In this document: piece by piece, positions 13,004 to 28,540 of the stretch
Position numbering within the stretch: position 1 is the first letter of the stretch
How the letters are laid out: every line of letters starts with the position of its first letter
Notes under the pieces: generated by a model
The model's input: the letters and a program-made list of their open reading frames with translations, nothing else
What the model was told of the DNA's origin: nothing
Database searches by the model: none
Assembly: GCA_964016885.1 (NCBI GenBank)
Contig: OZ024740.1
Location: 78,120,001-78,184,000, forward strand
Source: Eledone cirrhosa
Lineage: Eukaryota
Direction of reading: 5' to 3'
Length of the DNA stretch: 64,000 bases
Made by a program: the position numbers and the translations under genes

Positions 13004-14846
13004 CTGCTGCTACCCTTCGGTTTCCCTCATGTCTTGCTGTGTACTCATCCGGGATCCTGGATAGCAAGATGTCGAGAGGTTTCTTGAAGACATCCACCTC
13101 CACACCATGCAGATCTCTCAGATCCCTCGGCAGCTTGTTGAAGCGTTGAGGGCCCTTGAACCCCAGGCTATTGCAATATCTGCTCCTTATTCTAGATCTG
13201 GAAGACGGGACCTTTGGCACCACACAGTGACGTCCTGTTCGACGGTTGGTCCAGCTCCTAATGCCAAAGTTTGGTGCTAGTCCCTCCAGGATTTTCCACA
13301 TGTAGATCACTGCGTATCTCTCCTGTCTTCGTTCCAAGGAGTAGAGGTTCAGTTCTTTTAACCTCTCTCAGTAGCTTATCTCCTTCATCGTGGCAATCCT
13401 CTTGGTGTAACTACGCTGCATTACCTCAAGCCCGTGGTTAGTTTGACACTATGGGGTGACCACAACTGGGAGCAATAGTCCAGGCGGCTTAGGACAAATG
13501 TCCTCCATAGTGTCAACTAGTGTCTCGGTCTCTTGTCCGGAAATTCCTCAAGATCCAGCCAGCGAGTCGTCTGCACATTGTCGCCACTTTCATGATGTGT
13601 GAGGAAAAAGATGCATCATCGCTCATGTCTACACCTAGGTCTCGTATCGATTTTGACTCGGGGATATCGGTCCCTCCTGGTCCTGCGTAACTGTGTTGCA
13701 CTGTATTTGTGTTTGCAGATTTGTATTATAGGGCTTGAAATTTGCCAGCATTAAACTGCATATTGTTTTCTTCCGCCCATTTGTATATGACATCCAGATC
13801 TTGTAAAAGGGCAGCGTCAGTCGGGGTTTTGATTGCCTGTGCTACCTTAGTGTCATCAACATAGCTAGTGAGGGATGTTGTTGTATGTACTACAGAGGAC
13901 ATGTCAGAGAGAGCCACCAAAAACAGTAGTGGTCCCAGGACTGTCCCTTGGTGCACCCCACTTGTTATTGATGTTTCCTTTGAGAGGGGCCCCGTTTGCT
14001 GCGACTGTCTGGCTTCTGTCGTTTAAGAAGTCGTGCAGCCACTCACCTACTTTTCCAGTTATGCCGAGTCCGTGTAGTTTGTGACATATCATTCCGTGGT
14101 CGACCTTGTCAAAGGCCTTCGCAAAGTCAAGATATATCACGTCAACATGTGAGCTGTCTAGTAGTTGTTTCAGTACCCAGTCGTAGTGATGTAGCAGCTG
14201 TGTAAGGCAACTTCTTCCTGGGCGGAAGCCATGCTGCTTGCTAGTCAGGCGGTCATTTTTCTCGAGGAAAGTGATCAGTTTCTTTCTGAGGACTCACTCC
14301 ATGACCTTACTGATATGCGACGTCAGGGAGACTGGCCTATAGTTTTCGGCCTCCGCTCTGCTACCTCCTTTATGGATAGGGCATATTGTGCCTTCTTTCA
14401 GCTCCCTGGGTAGTCTACCGCTAGCCAAGGAGCTTCTGAAGAGCGTCTTCAGTGGAGTTGCATATTTTTAAGAGAACTGCTGGGAATCCATCAGGTCCAG
14501 CAGCCGAGTCTGTTCTAATTTCATCAATGGCGTACACCACATCCTCCTCCGTGATGTCTATGTGGTTGATGGTCGCCATTTCTTCATGTAGTGTTGTGGC
14601 ATCAAAGAACTCCTCTGGCTTTGTTATTTGCATGTGCCTCAGTGGACATGTGAACACGCTTTTGTACTGTTCGTTCAGTAATTCACATATCTCTTTGGAA
14701 TTCTCGGTAAATGAACCGTCTGTATGGAAGAGCCGCCCAATCTTGCAGTGTACCGAGGCAGTTTCTTTTGCAAATTTAAAGAAGGCCTTAGGGTTTCTTT
14801 TAATATTTTCTATGGTCCTGCTTTCTTTCTTTGCCCTCTCATTTTC
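13004..14846 (-). mobile_element. CR1/L2-group LINE ORF2 (reverse transcriptase) fragment, multiple frameshifts
   Basis: AAGPDG, YLDFAKAFDKVDH, QGTVLGPLLF, YVDDTK, W..ENNMQFN..K, RDLGV, LERRQERY motifs. Confidence 0.93.
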
Positions 14847-14922
14847 ATATATGTATATATATATATACATATAATATATATATATATTATATGTATATAT
14901 CATATGTATATATATATATATT

Positions 14923-14962
14923 CCGAGGTGAAGATCCACTAAGACGAAACAATTGTTCTCGG
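14923..14962 (+). ncRNA. Variant minimal hammerhead (C3>G)
   Basis: ccgag-GTGAAGA-tccactaagac-GAAA-caattg-TT-ctcgg: perfect 5-bp stem I, palindromic stem III. Confidence 0.55.
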
Positions 14963-15028
14963 TATGGTGCACTAACTGTTGTGTAACCACTTCTATATAT
15001 ATGTATATATATATATATTATATGTATG

Positions 15029-15059
<31 letters not shown>

Positions 15060-15545
15060 TATATATATGTATATATATATATATGTGTATATATATATAA
15101 ATGTGTGTGTGTATATATATATTTCTTAATATTAATAACTCCAGAAAACTTCGCTATTGAGTGCTTCTAATCTATTGTAAAAGTATATTCATTGATTAAT
15201 CAATGAACCTTGTTTAACTTTTGGTTATATATATATATGTATATATATTTATTTATATATATATGTGTGTGTGTGTGTGTATATATATATGTTTATATGT
15301 GTATATATATATGTGTGTGTATATATATATGTTTGTGTATACATATATGTGTGTGTGTGTATATATGTTTATATGTGTGTATATATGTAAATGTGTGTGT
15401 GTTTATATATATATATGTTTATATATATATGTGTTTATATGTTTATATATATATGTGTTTATATGTATATGTATATGTGTGTGTATATGTTTATATATAT
15501 ATGTGTGTTTATGTGTATATATATATATATGTGTGTGTGTATATG

Positions 15546-15578
<33 letters not shown>

Positions 15579-15607
15579 ATATGTATATATATGTGTGTGT
15601 GTATATG

Positions 15608-15640
<33 letters not shown>

Positions 15641-15886
15641 ATATATATATATGTGTGTGTGTGTATATGTGTATGTATATATGTGTTTATATATGTATGT
15701 TTATAGTTGTATGTATATATATATATGTATGTATGTATATATATATATGTGTGTATATATGCATGTAAGAACCGTAGAGCAAATATTTATTAAAATAACA
15801 GATGAAAGTTTAAGCAAAGAATCGCTTAAACTTTAATCTATTTTAATAAATGTATATATATGTATATATATATATTTATGTATGTG

Positions 15887-15917
<31 letters not shown>

Positions 15918-16150
15918 ATGTGTATACGTATGTATATATATGTATGTATATATATATGTATGTACAATTTAAAAAAATATAATCAACACTAATCTGTTTT
16001 TTTTGCAGAATGACAATAATTTTTTAGCCAGATAGAAATACCTTAATTCAAGTACATATAGTCCGCCTGTATCGATCTAGAAAATATTAAATATTAAATC
16101 TATACTTACAGACGAAAGTGGCAACTGCCTGGTGCCTATATGTATGTATG

Positions 16151-16262
<112 letters not shown>

Positions 16263-16303
16263 TGTATGTATGTACATATATGTATGTATGTATGTATATA
16301 TGT

Positions 16304-16608
16304 TTCTTTTTGGTAAATATCATCTTGGTTAAGAGAGTGGGACTGGCTTCGTGCAGTGCCTTTGCTCACTATAAACGCTTCACGGCACAGGCATTGCTTT
16401 ATATCTGGAGATCTCTCTGCACTTGTCGTCACATGGTACCATGGGCCCAGCACTATGTGTCAATAATTGTCACAAGTGTAGTGTTTGTACCAGAGTTTTC
16501 AAGTCGCTGGTTGGACTAAAAACTCACGCTTGTTGATCGCATCGGTAGGGGTTCTCCTACATGGATATAAAGTAGTGGCCGTACTCGTAAACGAGTTGGC
16601 AGCCACCA
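16304..16608. mobile_element. Partial copy of the 600-bp LTR-like element
   Basis: Matches about 9437-9742, same CA end. Confidence 0.8.
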
Positions 16609-16630
16609 TGTATATGTATATGTATGTATG

Positions 16631-16677
<47 letters not shown>

Positions 16678-16690
16678 GTATATATATATG

Positions 16691-16753
<63 letters not shown>

Positions 16754-17457
16754 GTATATATATATATATGTATGTATATATGTATATATATATATGTATG
16801 TATATATGTATATATGTATGTATATATGTATATATATATGTATGTATATATGTATATATATATGTATGTATATATGTATATATATATGTATGTATATATG
16901 TATATATATATGTATATATATATGTATCTATATATGTATATATATATGTATGTATATATGTATATATATATATGTATGTATATATATATGTATGTATATA
17001 TATATGTATGTATATATATATATGTATGTATATATATATGTATGTATATATATATATGTATGTATATATATATATGTATGTATATATATATATGTATGTA
17101 TGTATATATATATGTATGTATATATGTATATATATGTATGTATATATGTATATATATGTATGTATATATATATATGTATGTATATATGTATATATGTAAA
17201 TGTATATATGTTTGTATATATATATATATATGTATATGTATATATATGTATGTATGTATATATATGTATGTATGTATGTACATATATATGTATATCTATA
17301 TATATATGTATGTATGTATATATATATGTATGTATATATATATATATATATATGTATATGTATGTATGTATATATATATGTATGTATATATATATATATA
17401 TATATGTATATGTATGTATGTAATTGTATGTATATATATGTATGTATGTATATATAT

Positions 17458-17491
<34 letters not shown>

Positions 17492-18188
17492 GTATAAATA
17501 TATATATATATATATATATGTATGTATATATATGTATATGTATGTATGTATGTATATATATATATGTATGTATATATATGTATATGTATGTATGTATGTA
17601 TATATATATGTATGTATGTATATATATATGTATGTATGTATATATATGTATGTATGTATATATATATGTATGTATATATATATATGTGTGTATGTATATA
17701 TGTATGTATATATATATATGTGTGTATGTATGTATGTATGTATGTATGTATATATATATGTATGTATATATATATGTATGTATATATGTATGTATGTATA
17801 TATATATGTATGTATATATATATATATGTATATATATATGTATGTATATATATATATATGTATATATATATGTATGTATATATATATATATGTATATATA
17901 TATGTATGTATATATATATATATGTATATATATATGTATGTATATATATATGTATGTATATATATATATATGTATGTATGTATATATATATATGTATGTA
18001 TGTGTGTATATATATATATGTATGTATGTATATGTATATGTATGTGTGTATATATATATGTATGTATGTGTGTATGTATGTATATGTATATGTATGTATG
18101 TATGTATGTATATATATATGTATATATATGTATGTATGTATATATGTATGTATGTATGTATATATATGTATGTATATATGTATGTATG

Positions 18189-18221
<33 letters not shown>

Positions 18222-18903
18222 ATATATACGTATGTATGTATATATATGTATATGTATGTATGTATGTATGTATATATATACGTATGTATGTATGTATGTA
18301 TATATATACGTATGTATGTATGTATGTATATATATACGTATGTATGTATGTATGTATATATATACGTATGTATGTATGTATGTATATATATATATATGTA
18401 TATGTATATATATATATATGTATATATATATGTATGTATATATATTATGTATATATATATGTGTATATATATATGTGTGTATATATATATGTATGTATAT
18501 ATATATGTATGTATGTATATATATATGTATGTATATATATATATATGTATGTATATATATATGTGTATATATATATGTATGTATATATATATGTATGTAT
18601 ATATATATATATGTATGTATATATATATGTGTATATATATATGTATGTATATATATATATATGTATGTATATATATATGTGTATATATATATGTATGTAT
18701 ATATATATGTATGTATATATATATGTATGTATATATATATGTATGTATATATATATGTATGTATATATATATGTATGTATATATATATGTATGTATGTAT
18801 ATATATATGTATGTATATATATATGTATGTATATATATATGTATGTATATATATATGTATGTATATATATATGTATGTATATATATATGTATATATATAT
18901 ATG

Positions 18904-18941
<38 letters not shown>

Positions 18942-19048
18942 TATGTATGTATATGTATGTATGTATATATATATATGTATGTATATGTATGTATGTATAT
19001 ATATATATATGTATGTATATATATATATATGTATGTATATATATGTAT

Positions 19049-19089
<41 letters not shown>

Positions 19090-19181
19090 TATGTATATAT
19101 ATGTATGTATATATATATATGTATGTATATATATATGTATATATATATGTGTATATATATATATGTATGTATATATATATG

Positions 19182-19213
<32 letters not shown>

Positions 19214-19727
19214 TGTATGTATGTATATATATATGTATGTATATATATATGTATGTATGTATATATATATGTATGTATGTATATATAGATGTATGTATAT
19301 ATGTATGTATATATATATATGTATATGTGTATATATATATGTATACATATATATATGTATACATATATATGTATATATATATGTATACATATATATATGT
19401 GTACATATATATGTATGTATATATATATGCATATATATATATGTATACATGTATATATATATATATGTATACATATATATATATATGTATGTATGTATAT
19501 GTATATGTATATATATATATGTATATATATATGTATACATATATATATATGTATACATATATATATGTATACATATATACATGTATACATATATATATGT
19601 ATACATATATACATGTGTACATATATATATGTGTACATATATGTGTACATATATATATATGTGTACATATATATGTATACATACATATATATATGTATGT
19701 ATGTATGTATATATGTATGTGTACATA

Positions 19728-19780
<53 letters not shown>

Positions 19781-19859
19781 ATATATATGTATATATACAT
19801 ATATATATGTATATATATATATGTATGTATGTATATATATATGTATATATACATATATG

Positions 19860-19890
<31 letters not shown>

Positions 19891-20705
19891 ATATATATAT
19901 GTATATATACATATATATAAGTATATATATATATATGTATGTATGTATATATATATGTATATATACATATATATATGTATATATATATATATATATGTAT
20001 ATATATGTATATATACATATATATATGTATATATATGTATGTATATATATATATGTATATATATGTATGTATATATATATATGTATATATACGTATATAT
20101 GTATGTATATATATGTATGTATGTATATATATATATATGTATATATATATGTTTGTAAATATATATGTATGTATGTATATATTTATATATATATATATAT
20201 ATATGTATGAATATATATATATGTATGTATATATTTATATATATATATATGTTTGTAAATATATATGTATGTATAGATATATATGTATGTATATATTTTT
20301 TTATATATATATATATATATGTAAATATATATGTAAATATATATGTATGTATATATTTATATATATATATATGTAAATATATATGTATGTATATATTTTT
20401 ATATATATATATATATATGTAAATATATATGTAAATATATATGTATGTATATATATATTTTTATATATGTATATATGTATATATATATGTATAGGTAAAT
20501 ATATATGTATATATATATATATATAAATGTATGTATATATATATATATAAATGTATGTATATATATATATATAAATGTATGTATATATATATGTATGTAT
20601 ATATATATTTATATATATATATATTTATATATATGTATGTATATATATATTTATATATATGTATATATTTATATATATATGTATGTATATATTTATATAT
20701 ATATG

Positions 20706-20744
<39 letters not shown>

Positions 20745-20833
20745 GTATGTATATATATATGTATATATTTATATATGTAAATATTTATATATGTAAATAT
20801 TTATATATGTAAATATTTATATATGTATATATT

Positions 20834-20866
<33 letters not shown>

Positions 20867-21153
20867 GTATGTATATATATATTTATATATATATATATTT
20901 ATATATATATTTATATATATGTATTTATATATATATTTATATATATATATATTTATATATATATTTATATATATGTATTTATATATATATTTATATATAT
21001 GTATGTATATATATATTTATATATATGTATGTATATATATATTTATATATATGTATGTATATATATATTTATATAAATGTATGTATATATATATTTATAT
21101 AAATGTATGTATATATATATTTATATATATATTATATATATATATGTAAATAC

Positions 21154-21184
<31 letters not shown>

Positions 21185-21203
21185 AATATACACATATATA
21201 TAA

Positions 21204-21251
<48 letters not shown>

Positions 21252-21290
21252 TTGTATATATTTATATGTATATATTTGTATATATACACA

Positions 21291-21328
<38 letters not shown>

Positions 21329-21382
21329 CATATATACATATATATATATTTATATATATATATTTATATATATGTATATATT

Positions 21383-21414
<32 letters not shown>

Positions 21415-21650
21415 TATAATATATATATTTATATATATGTATATATTTATATATATGTATATATTTATATATATGTATATATTTATATATATGTATATTT
21501 ATATATATGTATATATTTGTATATATATACATATTTGTATATATATACATATTTGTATATATATACATATTTGTATATATATACATATTTGTATATATAT
21601 ACATATTTGTATATATATACATATTTGTATATATATACATATTTATATAT

Positions 21651-21696
<46 letters not shown>

Positions 21697-21937
21697 TATT
21701 TATATATATACATATATATTTATATATATACATATATATTTATATATATACATATATATTTATATATATACATATATATTTATATATATACATATATATT
21801 TATATATATACATATATATTTATATATATACATATATATTTATATATTTATATATATACTTATATATTTATATATTTATATATATACATATATACATATA
21901 TATTTATATATAGATATATATATTTATATATATATAT
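16609..21937. repeat. About 5.3-kb compound (TA)n/(TATG)n microsatellite field
   Basis: Continuous TA/TATG/TATT/TACA units; source of the 900-1150 aa Y/I/M/C ORFs. Confidence 0.97.
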
Positions 21938-22481
21938 AGTATAAAAGAGAAAACACAGGTAAGCATTAAGAGAAGGATTTAATTCAGGTATTTACGACCG
22001 TTTCATTGGTAAGTGCAACCTTATATTGCTATACTGCAAATAGCAGCCACTCAATTATAATTGTTGTTCACAGTCCAAATTTTCAAAATAGTCTGCTATT
22101 TGCAGTATAGCAATATAAGGTTGCACTTACCAATGAAACGGTCGTAAATACCTGTATTAAATCCATCTCTTAATGCTTACCTGTGTTTTCTCTTTTATAC
22201 TTTATACTCCAAGATTGAACGGAATTCTTACAAACGTGTGGAGTTACCCCTAACCGTACGTTGAAACCATCCATGGAGCTGGCTTTCTTAACCAAAAACT
22301 GGATCACAATAAGCAATTTTTTGGTTCTCTAACTATATATATATATATATATAGTTAGAGAACCAAAAAATTGCTTATTGTGATCCAGTTTTTGGTTAAG
22401 AAAGCCAGCTCCATGGATGGTTTCAACGTACGGTTAGGGGTAACTCCACACGTTTGTAAGAATTCCGTTCAATCTTGGGAG

Positions 22482-22485
<4 letters not shown>
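21938..22485. mobile_element. Doubly inverted TA-embedded element (family D/E)
   Basis: Arms 21938-22046 / 22093-22201, then 22203-22333 / 22354-22485 mirrored around (TA)10; half-hammerhead GAAA-cg(gt)cg-TA at 22135-22146. Confidence 0.7.
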
Positions 22486-22563
<78 letters not shown>

Positions 22564-22731
22564 GGTCCCTATCATTCCACTGCAAAGTGGTCGTGGAGAT
22601 GCCACGGCAAAAAAGCACCCAGCACTCACTGTAAATGAGGTTGGTGTTAGCATCCAGCTGTAGAAATCAAGCCAGAATCAGTTCCCGTCCCACCCTTGCA
22701 AGCAGAGAAAAGCGGACGTAAAATGAAATGA

Positions 22732-22803
<72 letters not shown>

Positions 22804-22864
22804 TGTGAGAGAACATCGTTATATTTTTTCTCCCTCATATCAAGAATTTGTAGACAATTCATTT

Positions 22865-22938
22865 TCACCTGATGAGATCAGTGATAATCGATGATGGCTT
22901 CACAATCGATCTGTCTCTTATTGAAACATGTGTCGTGA
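22865..22938 (+). ncRNA. Type-I hammerhead ribozyme (long irregular stem II)
   Basis: tcac-CTGATGA-[47 nt incl. atcgat/atcgat]-GAAA-ca(tg)tg-TC-gtga; GUC cleavage after 22934. Confidence 0.65.
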
Positions 22939-23152
22939 TTTTCATTTTGATATATATATATGTAAATATATATGTATATATACATATATATATATATCCA
23001 GGGAGTGTAACTTGGAGTTACTGTAGGTTCACCCGGGTCAGCACTGGATGTTTAGGTTCACTTCAGTGTCGAGGTGTAGAGCTAGGCAGAGTGTATTATA
23101 GTGAAATGCGAGAACAAGGACGATGGTTTCTCCTTCATTACATTTATTGGTT

Positions 23153-23238
23153 GGTGACGCGTGTTTCGTCACTGACCAGCTCAAGGTTCGATCTGTATCG
23201 ATCTTACCTGACTCTGTATCCGCGGCTCGTCAGACGCC
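23153..23238 (-). ncRNA. Degenerate hammerhead in a TA-flanked island (about 22998-23258)
   Basis: Minus strand: CTGACGA-gccgcgg...cagtgac-GAAA-cacgcg-TC-accaaccAATAAA; core intact, stems I and II eroded. Confidence 0.5.
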
Positions 23239-23258
23239 TTGTAATGCTAGTAAGAAAA

Positions 23259-23286
23259 TATATGTAAATATATATGTCAGTAAATA

Positions 23287-23327
<41 letters not shown>

Positions 23328-23486
23328 TTATATATATATGTATGTATATATATGTATATATATATATGTATGTATATATATATATATATATGTGTATGTA
23401 TATATATGTATGTATATACATATATATATATATGTGTATATATATATATGTGTATGTATATATATGTATGTATATACATATATATA

Positions 23487-23533
<47 letters not shown>

Positions 23534-23596
23534 ATGTATATATGTATATATATGTGTATGTATATATATGTGTATATATATATATATATGTATGTG

Positions 23597-23629
<33 letters not shown>

Positions 23630-23700
23630 GTATATATATATATATATATATGTATGTATATATATATGTATGTATATATATATATATGTATGTATATATT

Positions 23701-23754
<54 letters not shown>

Positions 23755-23762
23755 TATATGTT

Positions 23763-23794
<32 letters not shown>

Positions 23795-24090
23795 TATGTA
23801 TGTATATATTTATATGTATATATGTATATATATATATATATATGTATGTATATATTTATATGTATATATGTATATATATATATATATATGTATGTATATA
23901 TTTATATGTATATATGTATATATATATATATATATATGTATGTATATATTTATATGTATATATGTATATATATATATGTATGTATGTATGTATATATATA
24001 TGTCTGTATATATATGTATGTATGTATATATATATGTCTGTATATATATGTATGTATATATATATGTATGTATATATATATGTGTGTATG

Positions 24091-24123
<33 letters not shown>

Positions 24124-24217
24124 GTATATATGTATATATATATATGTATGTATGTATATATGTATGTATATATATGTATATATATATGTATGTATATTTT
24201 GTATGTATATATATGTA

Positions 24218-24253
<36 letters not shown>

Positions 24254-24261
24254 TATATATG

Positions 24262-24293
<32 letters not shown>

Positions 24294-24338
24294 TATGTAT
24301 GTATATATATATATGTATGTATATATATATATGTATGT

Positions 24339-24393
<55 letters not shown>

Positions 24394-25087
24394 TATGTAT
24401 GTATATATATATATGTATGTATGTATGTATGTATATATGTATGTATATATGTATGTATGTATATATGTATGTATGTATATATGTATGTATATATGTATAT
24501 ATGTATGGAGGAGGTTATAGTTCACTTGAAGCATTGTGTAATGAGGTATAAACGTTTGAATATGTATAAATAAAGCCAAAACCCAAAACAATGCAGGTAT
24601 GGACATAGAAAAAAGAATGCAATTGCAAAAGATATTGTTGACAATTCGTCTTTTACCTTAGATTTATTTTAAACGTGCTTAATTTTCGAGATAATATCTC
24701 TTCTTCAGAGGGAAATAAATGTCTCAAACCAGCGTTCTAAATATCTTGCCAAGCCATGCTGAGAGGAAATGTATGTATGTATATATGTATGTATATATGT
24801 ATGTATGTATGTATATATATGTATGTATGTATGTATATATATATATATATGTATGTATGTATATATGTATGTATATATATGTGTATGTATGTATATATGT
24901 ATGTATATATATATATATATATATGTATGTATATATATATATGTATGTATATATATATATGTATGTGTATATATATATATATGTATATATATATATGTAT
25001 ATATATATATGTATGTGTATATATATATGTATGTATGCATATATATATGTATGTATATATATATATGTATGTATATATATATGTATG

Positions 25088-25127
<40 letters not shown>

Positions 25128-25132
25128 TATGT

Positions 25133-25173
<41 letters not shown>

Positions 25174-25363
25174 TATGTATATATATATATATGTATATAT
25201 ATATGTATGTATATATATATGTATGTATATATATATGTATGTATATATATATATGTATATATATATGTATGTATATATATATGTATGTATATATATATGC
25301 ATGTATATATATATATATGTATGTATATATATATATATGTATGTATATATATATATATGCATG

Positions 25364-25394
<31 letters not shown>

Positions 25395-25395
25395 G

Positions 25396-25442
<47 letters not shown>

Positions 25443-25553
25443 GTATGTATGTATGTATATGTATGTATGTATATGTATGTATGTATGTATGTATATATAT
25501 ATATATATGTATGTATATATATATATATATATGTATGTATATATATATGTATG

Positions 25554-25589
<36 letters not shown>

Positions 25590-25601
25590 GATATATGTAT
25601 G

Positions 25602-25637
<36 letters not shown>

Positions 25638-26135
25638 GATATATGTATGTATATATATATGTATGTATATATATATATGTATGTATATATATATATGTAT
25701 GTATATATATATATGTATGTATATATATATGTATGTATGTATATATTTATATGTATATATATGTATGTATATATATATATGTATATATATGTATATATAT
25801 ATGTATATATATATATATGTATGTATGTATATATATATATGTATATATGTATGTATGTATATATGTATGTATGTATATATGTATATATGTATGTATATAT
25901 ATATATATATGTATATATATATGTATGTATGTATATATGTATATATGTATATATGTATGTATATATATATATGTATGTATGTATATATGTATGTATGTAT
26001 ATATGTATGTATATATATATGTATATATATATATATGTATGTATATATGTATGTATGTATATATGTATGTATATATATATATGTATATATATATATATGT
26101 ATGTATGTATATATGTATATATATATATGTGTATG

Positions 26136-26171
<36 letters not shown>

Positions 26172-26174
26172 TGT

Positions 26175-26208
<34 letters not shown>

Positions 26209-26238
26209 GTATATATGTATGTATGTATATATGTATGT

Positions 26239-26272
<34 letters not shown>

Positions 26273-26911
26273 GTATGTATATATATATATGTATGTATAT
26301 ATATATATGTATGTATGTATATATATATATGTATGTATATATATATATGTATGTATATATATATATGTATGTATATATATATATGTGTATGTATGTATAT
26401 ATGTATGTATATATATATATGTATGTATATATATATATGTATGTATATATATATATGTATGTATATATATATATATATATGTATGTATATATATATATGT
26501 ATGTATATATATATATATGTATGTATATATAGATATATGTATGTATATATATATATATGTATGTATATATATATATATGTATGTATATATAGATATATGT
26601 ATGTATATATATATATATGTATGTATATATAGATATATGTATGTACATATATGTATGTATGTATGTATATATATGTATGTATGTATATATATGTATGTAT
26701 GTATATATATATATATGTATGTATATATATAGATATATGTATGTATATATATGTATGTATGTATATATATATATATGAATGTATGTATATATATATATGT
26801 ATGTATGTATATATATATATATGAATGTATGTATATATATATATATATGTATGTATATATATATGTATGTATATATATATATATATGTATGTATATATAT
26901 ATATATGTATG

Positions 26912-26945
<34 letters not shown>

Positions 26946-27246
26946 TGTATGTATGTATGTATGTATGTATGTATGTATGTATGTATGTATATATATATGT
27001 ATGTATATATATATGTATGTATATATATATGTATGTATATATATATGTATGTATATATATATGTATGTATATATATATGTATGTATGTATATATGTATGT
27101 ATGTATATATATATGTATGTATATATATATGTATGTATATATATATGTATGTATATATATATGTATGTATATATATATGTATGTATATATATATGTATGT
27201 GTATATATATATATGTATGTATATATATATGTATGTGTATATGTAT

Positions 27247-27304
<58 letters not shown>

Positions 27305-27391
27305 GTATATATATATATATATGTATATATATGTATATATGTATATGTATGTATATATATATATGTATGTATATATATATATATGTATGTA
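23259..27391. repeat. Compound (TA)n/(TATG)n field with a unique island at 24506-24768
   Basis: Direct inspection. Confidence 0.95.
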
Positions 27392-27476
27392 CGTTATTCC
27401 GGGTTGAATCGGAGGTAACCACAGTAAGTAAGGTACTCAATACATAGCAGAGTATAACAGTTTTAATATATAGATG

Positions 27477-27527
27477 AGATTCTACAGGACTAGAACTGTT
27501 TCATTCATTAGAAATCATCAGGAATCT
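27477..27527 (-). ncRNA. Type-I hammerhead ribozyme (family A element 27392-27534)
   Basis: Minus strand: agattc-CTGATGA-t-ttc(taat)gaa-t-GAAA-cag(ttctagtc)ctg-TA-gaatct; 6-bp perfect stem I, GUA site. Confidence 0.85.
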
Positions 27528-27653
27528 GGGTATCAAAAAATAAATAAATATAAAAAAATAAATGTATCTATATATTTGTATGTATGTAAATATGTATGTA
27601 TATATATATATATGTACGTAAATATGTATATATATATGTGTGTGTGTAAATAA

Positions 27654-27685
<32 letters not shown>

Positions 27686-28244
27686 TATATATGTGTGTGT
27701 GTGTATATATGTATGTAAATATATTTTTCTCTTTTACCTGTTCCAGCCATCCGGCTATGCATGTAAACTATATGTATATATGTGTATATATATATATATT
27801 TGTGTGTGTGTGTGTGTGTGCTTGCAACGTAATGGTTGGACTAAGATCTTTTGGGGGCCTAAACAATGACAAGATTGTGGTATCTCTATGGGGGCCCTTA
27901 TTGCCTGATGCTCTAATCACGTGCTTATTTTGCTTAATCGTGGCCTGCGGCACGCACACATACACGCACACACATACACATACATACACATACACACATA
28001 CACGCACACACAATATGTTGCTGTTAAGTACTAGCTCCACGTTACCACTTATCCAACCCTTTGTGCACCGATACAATTACACGGTGCAACCATGACCATA
28101 TCTCTCCAACGCTGTCCTTCTTTCCTAAACAGTCGGTGTTTTGTCTTCAGTTAGATTTAACTGCCATTTCTAGCATGCTTGGTGGCTACTTCGAAACTCC
28201 GTCGTTGGCTTCTTATACGTTATGTGTATTTATTATATTCTGTG

Positions 28245-28428
28245 TATTGGCAGTATCGGTAGAGAGTCGGACGCCATGCTTTGACGCATAGAGTTACGGA
28301 CCTTGCCATTCTGAGTTCAAATCCCGCTGAGGTTAACTTTGCCTTTCATCCTTACGGGGTTGATAAAATAAAGTACCAGTAATGCACTGGGTAATTGCTG
28401 GCCTTGTGCCAAAAGTAGAAACAATTAT
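28245..28428 (+). mobile_element. Dominant SINE, near full length
   Basis: tggcagtatcgg A-box, gagttcaaatccc B-box, shared core and tail. Confidence 0.85.
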
Positions 28429-28499
28429 ATTCTGTCTGCTTTATAACGTAGGAAAATAACGCATATACGCATTTTGCTATCAAACATGCTTGCGCATTT

Positions 28500-28540
<41 letters not shown>

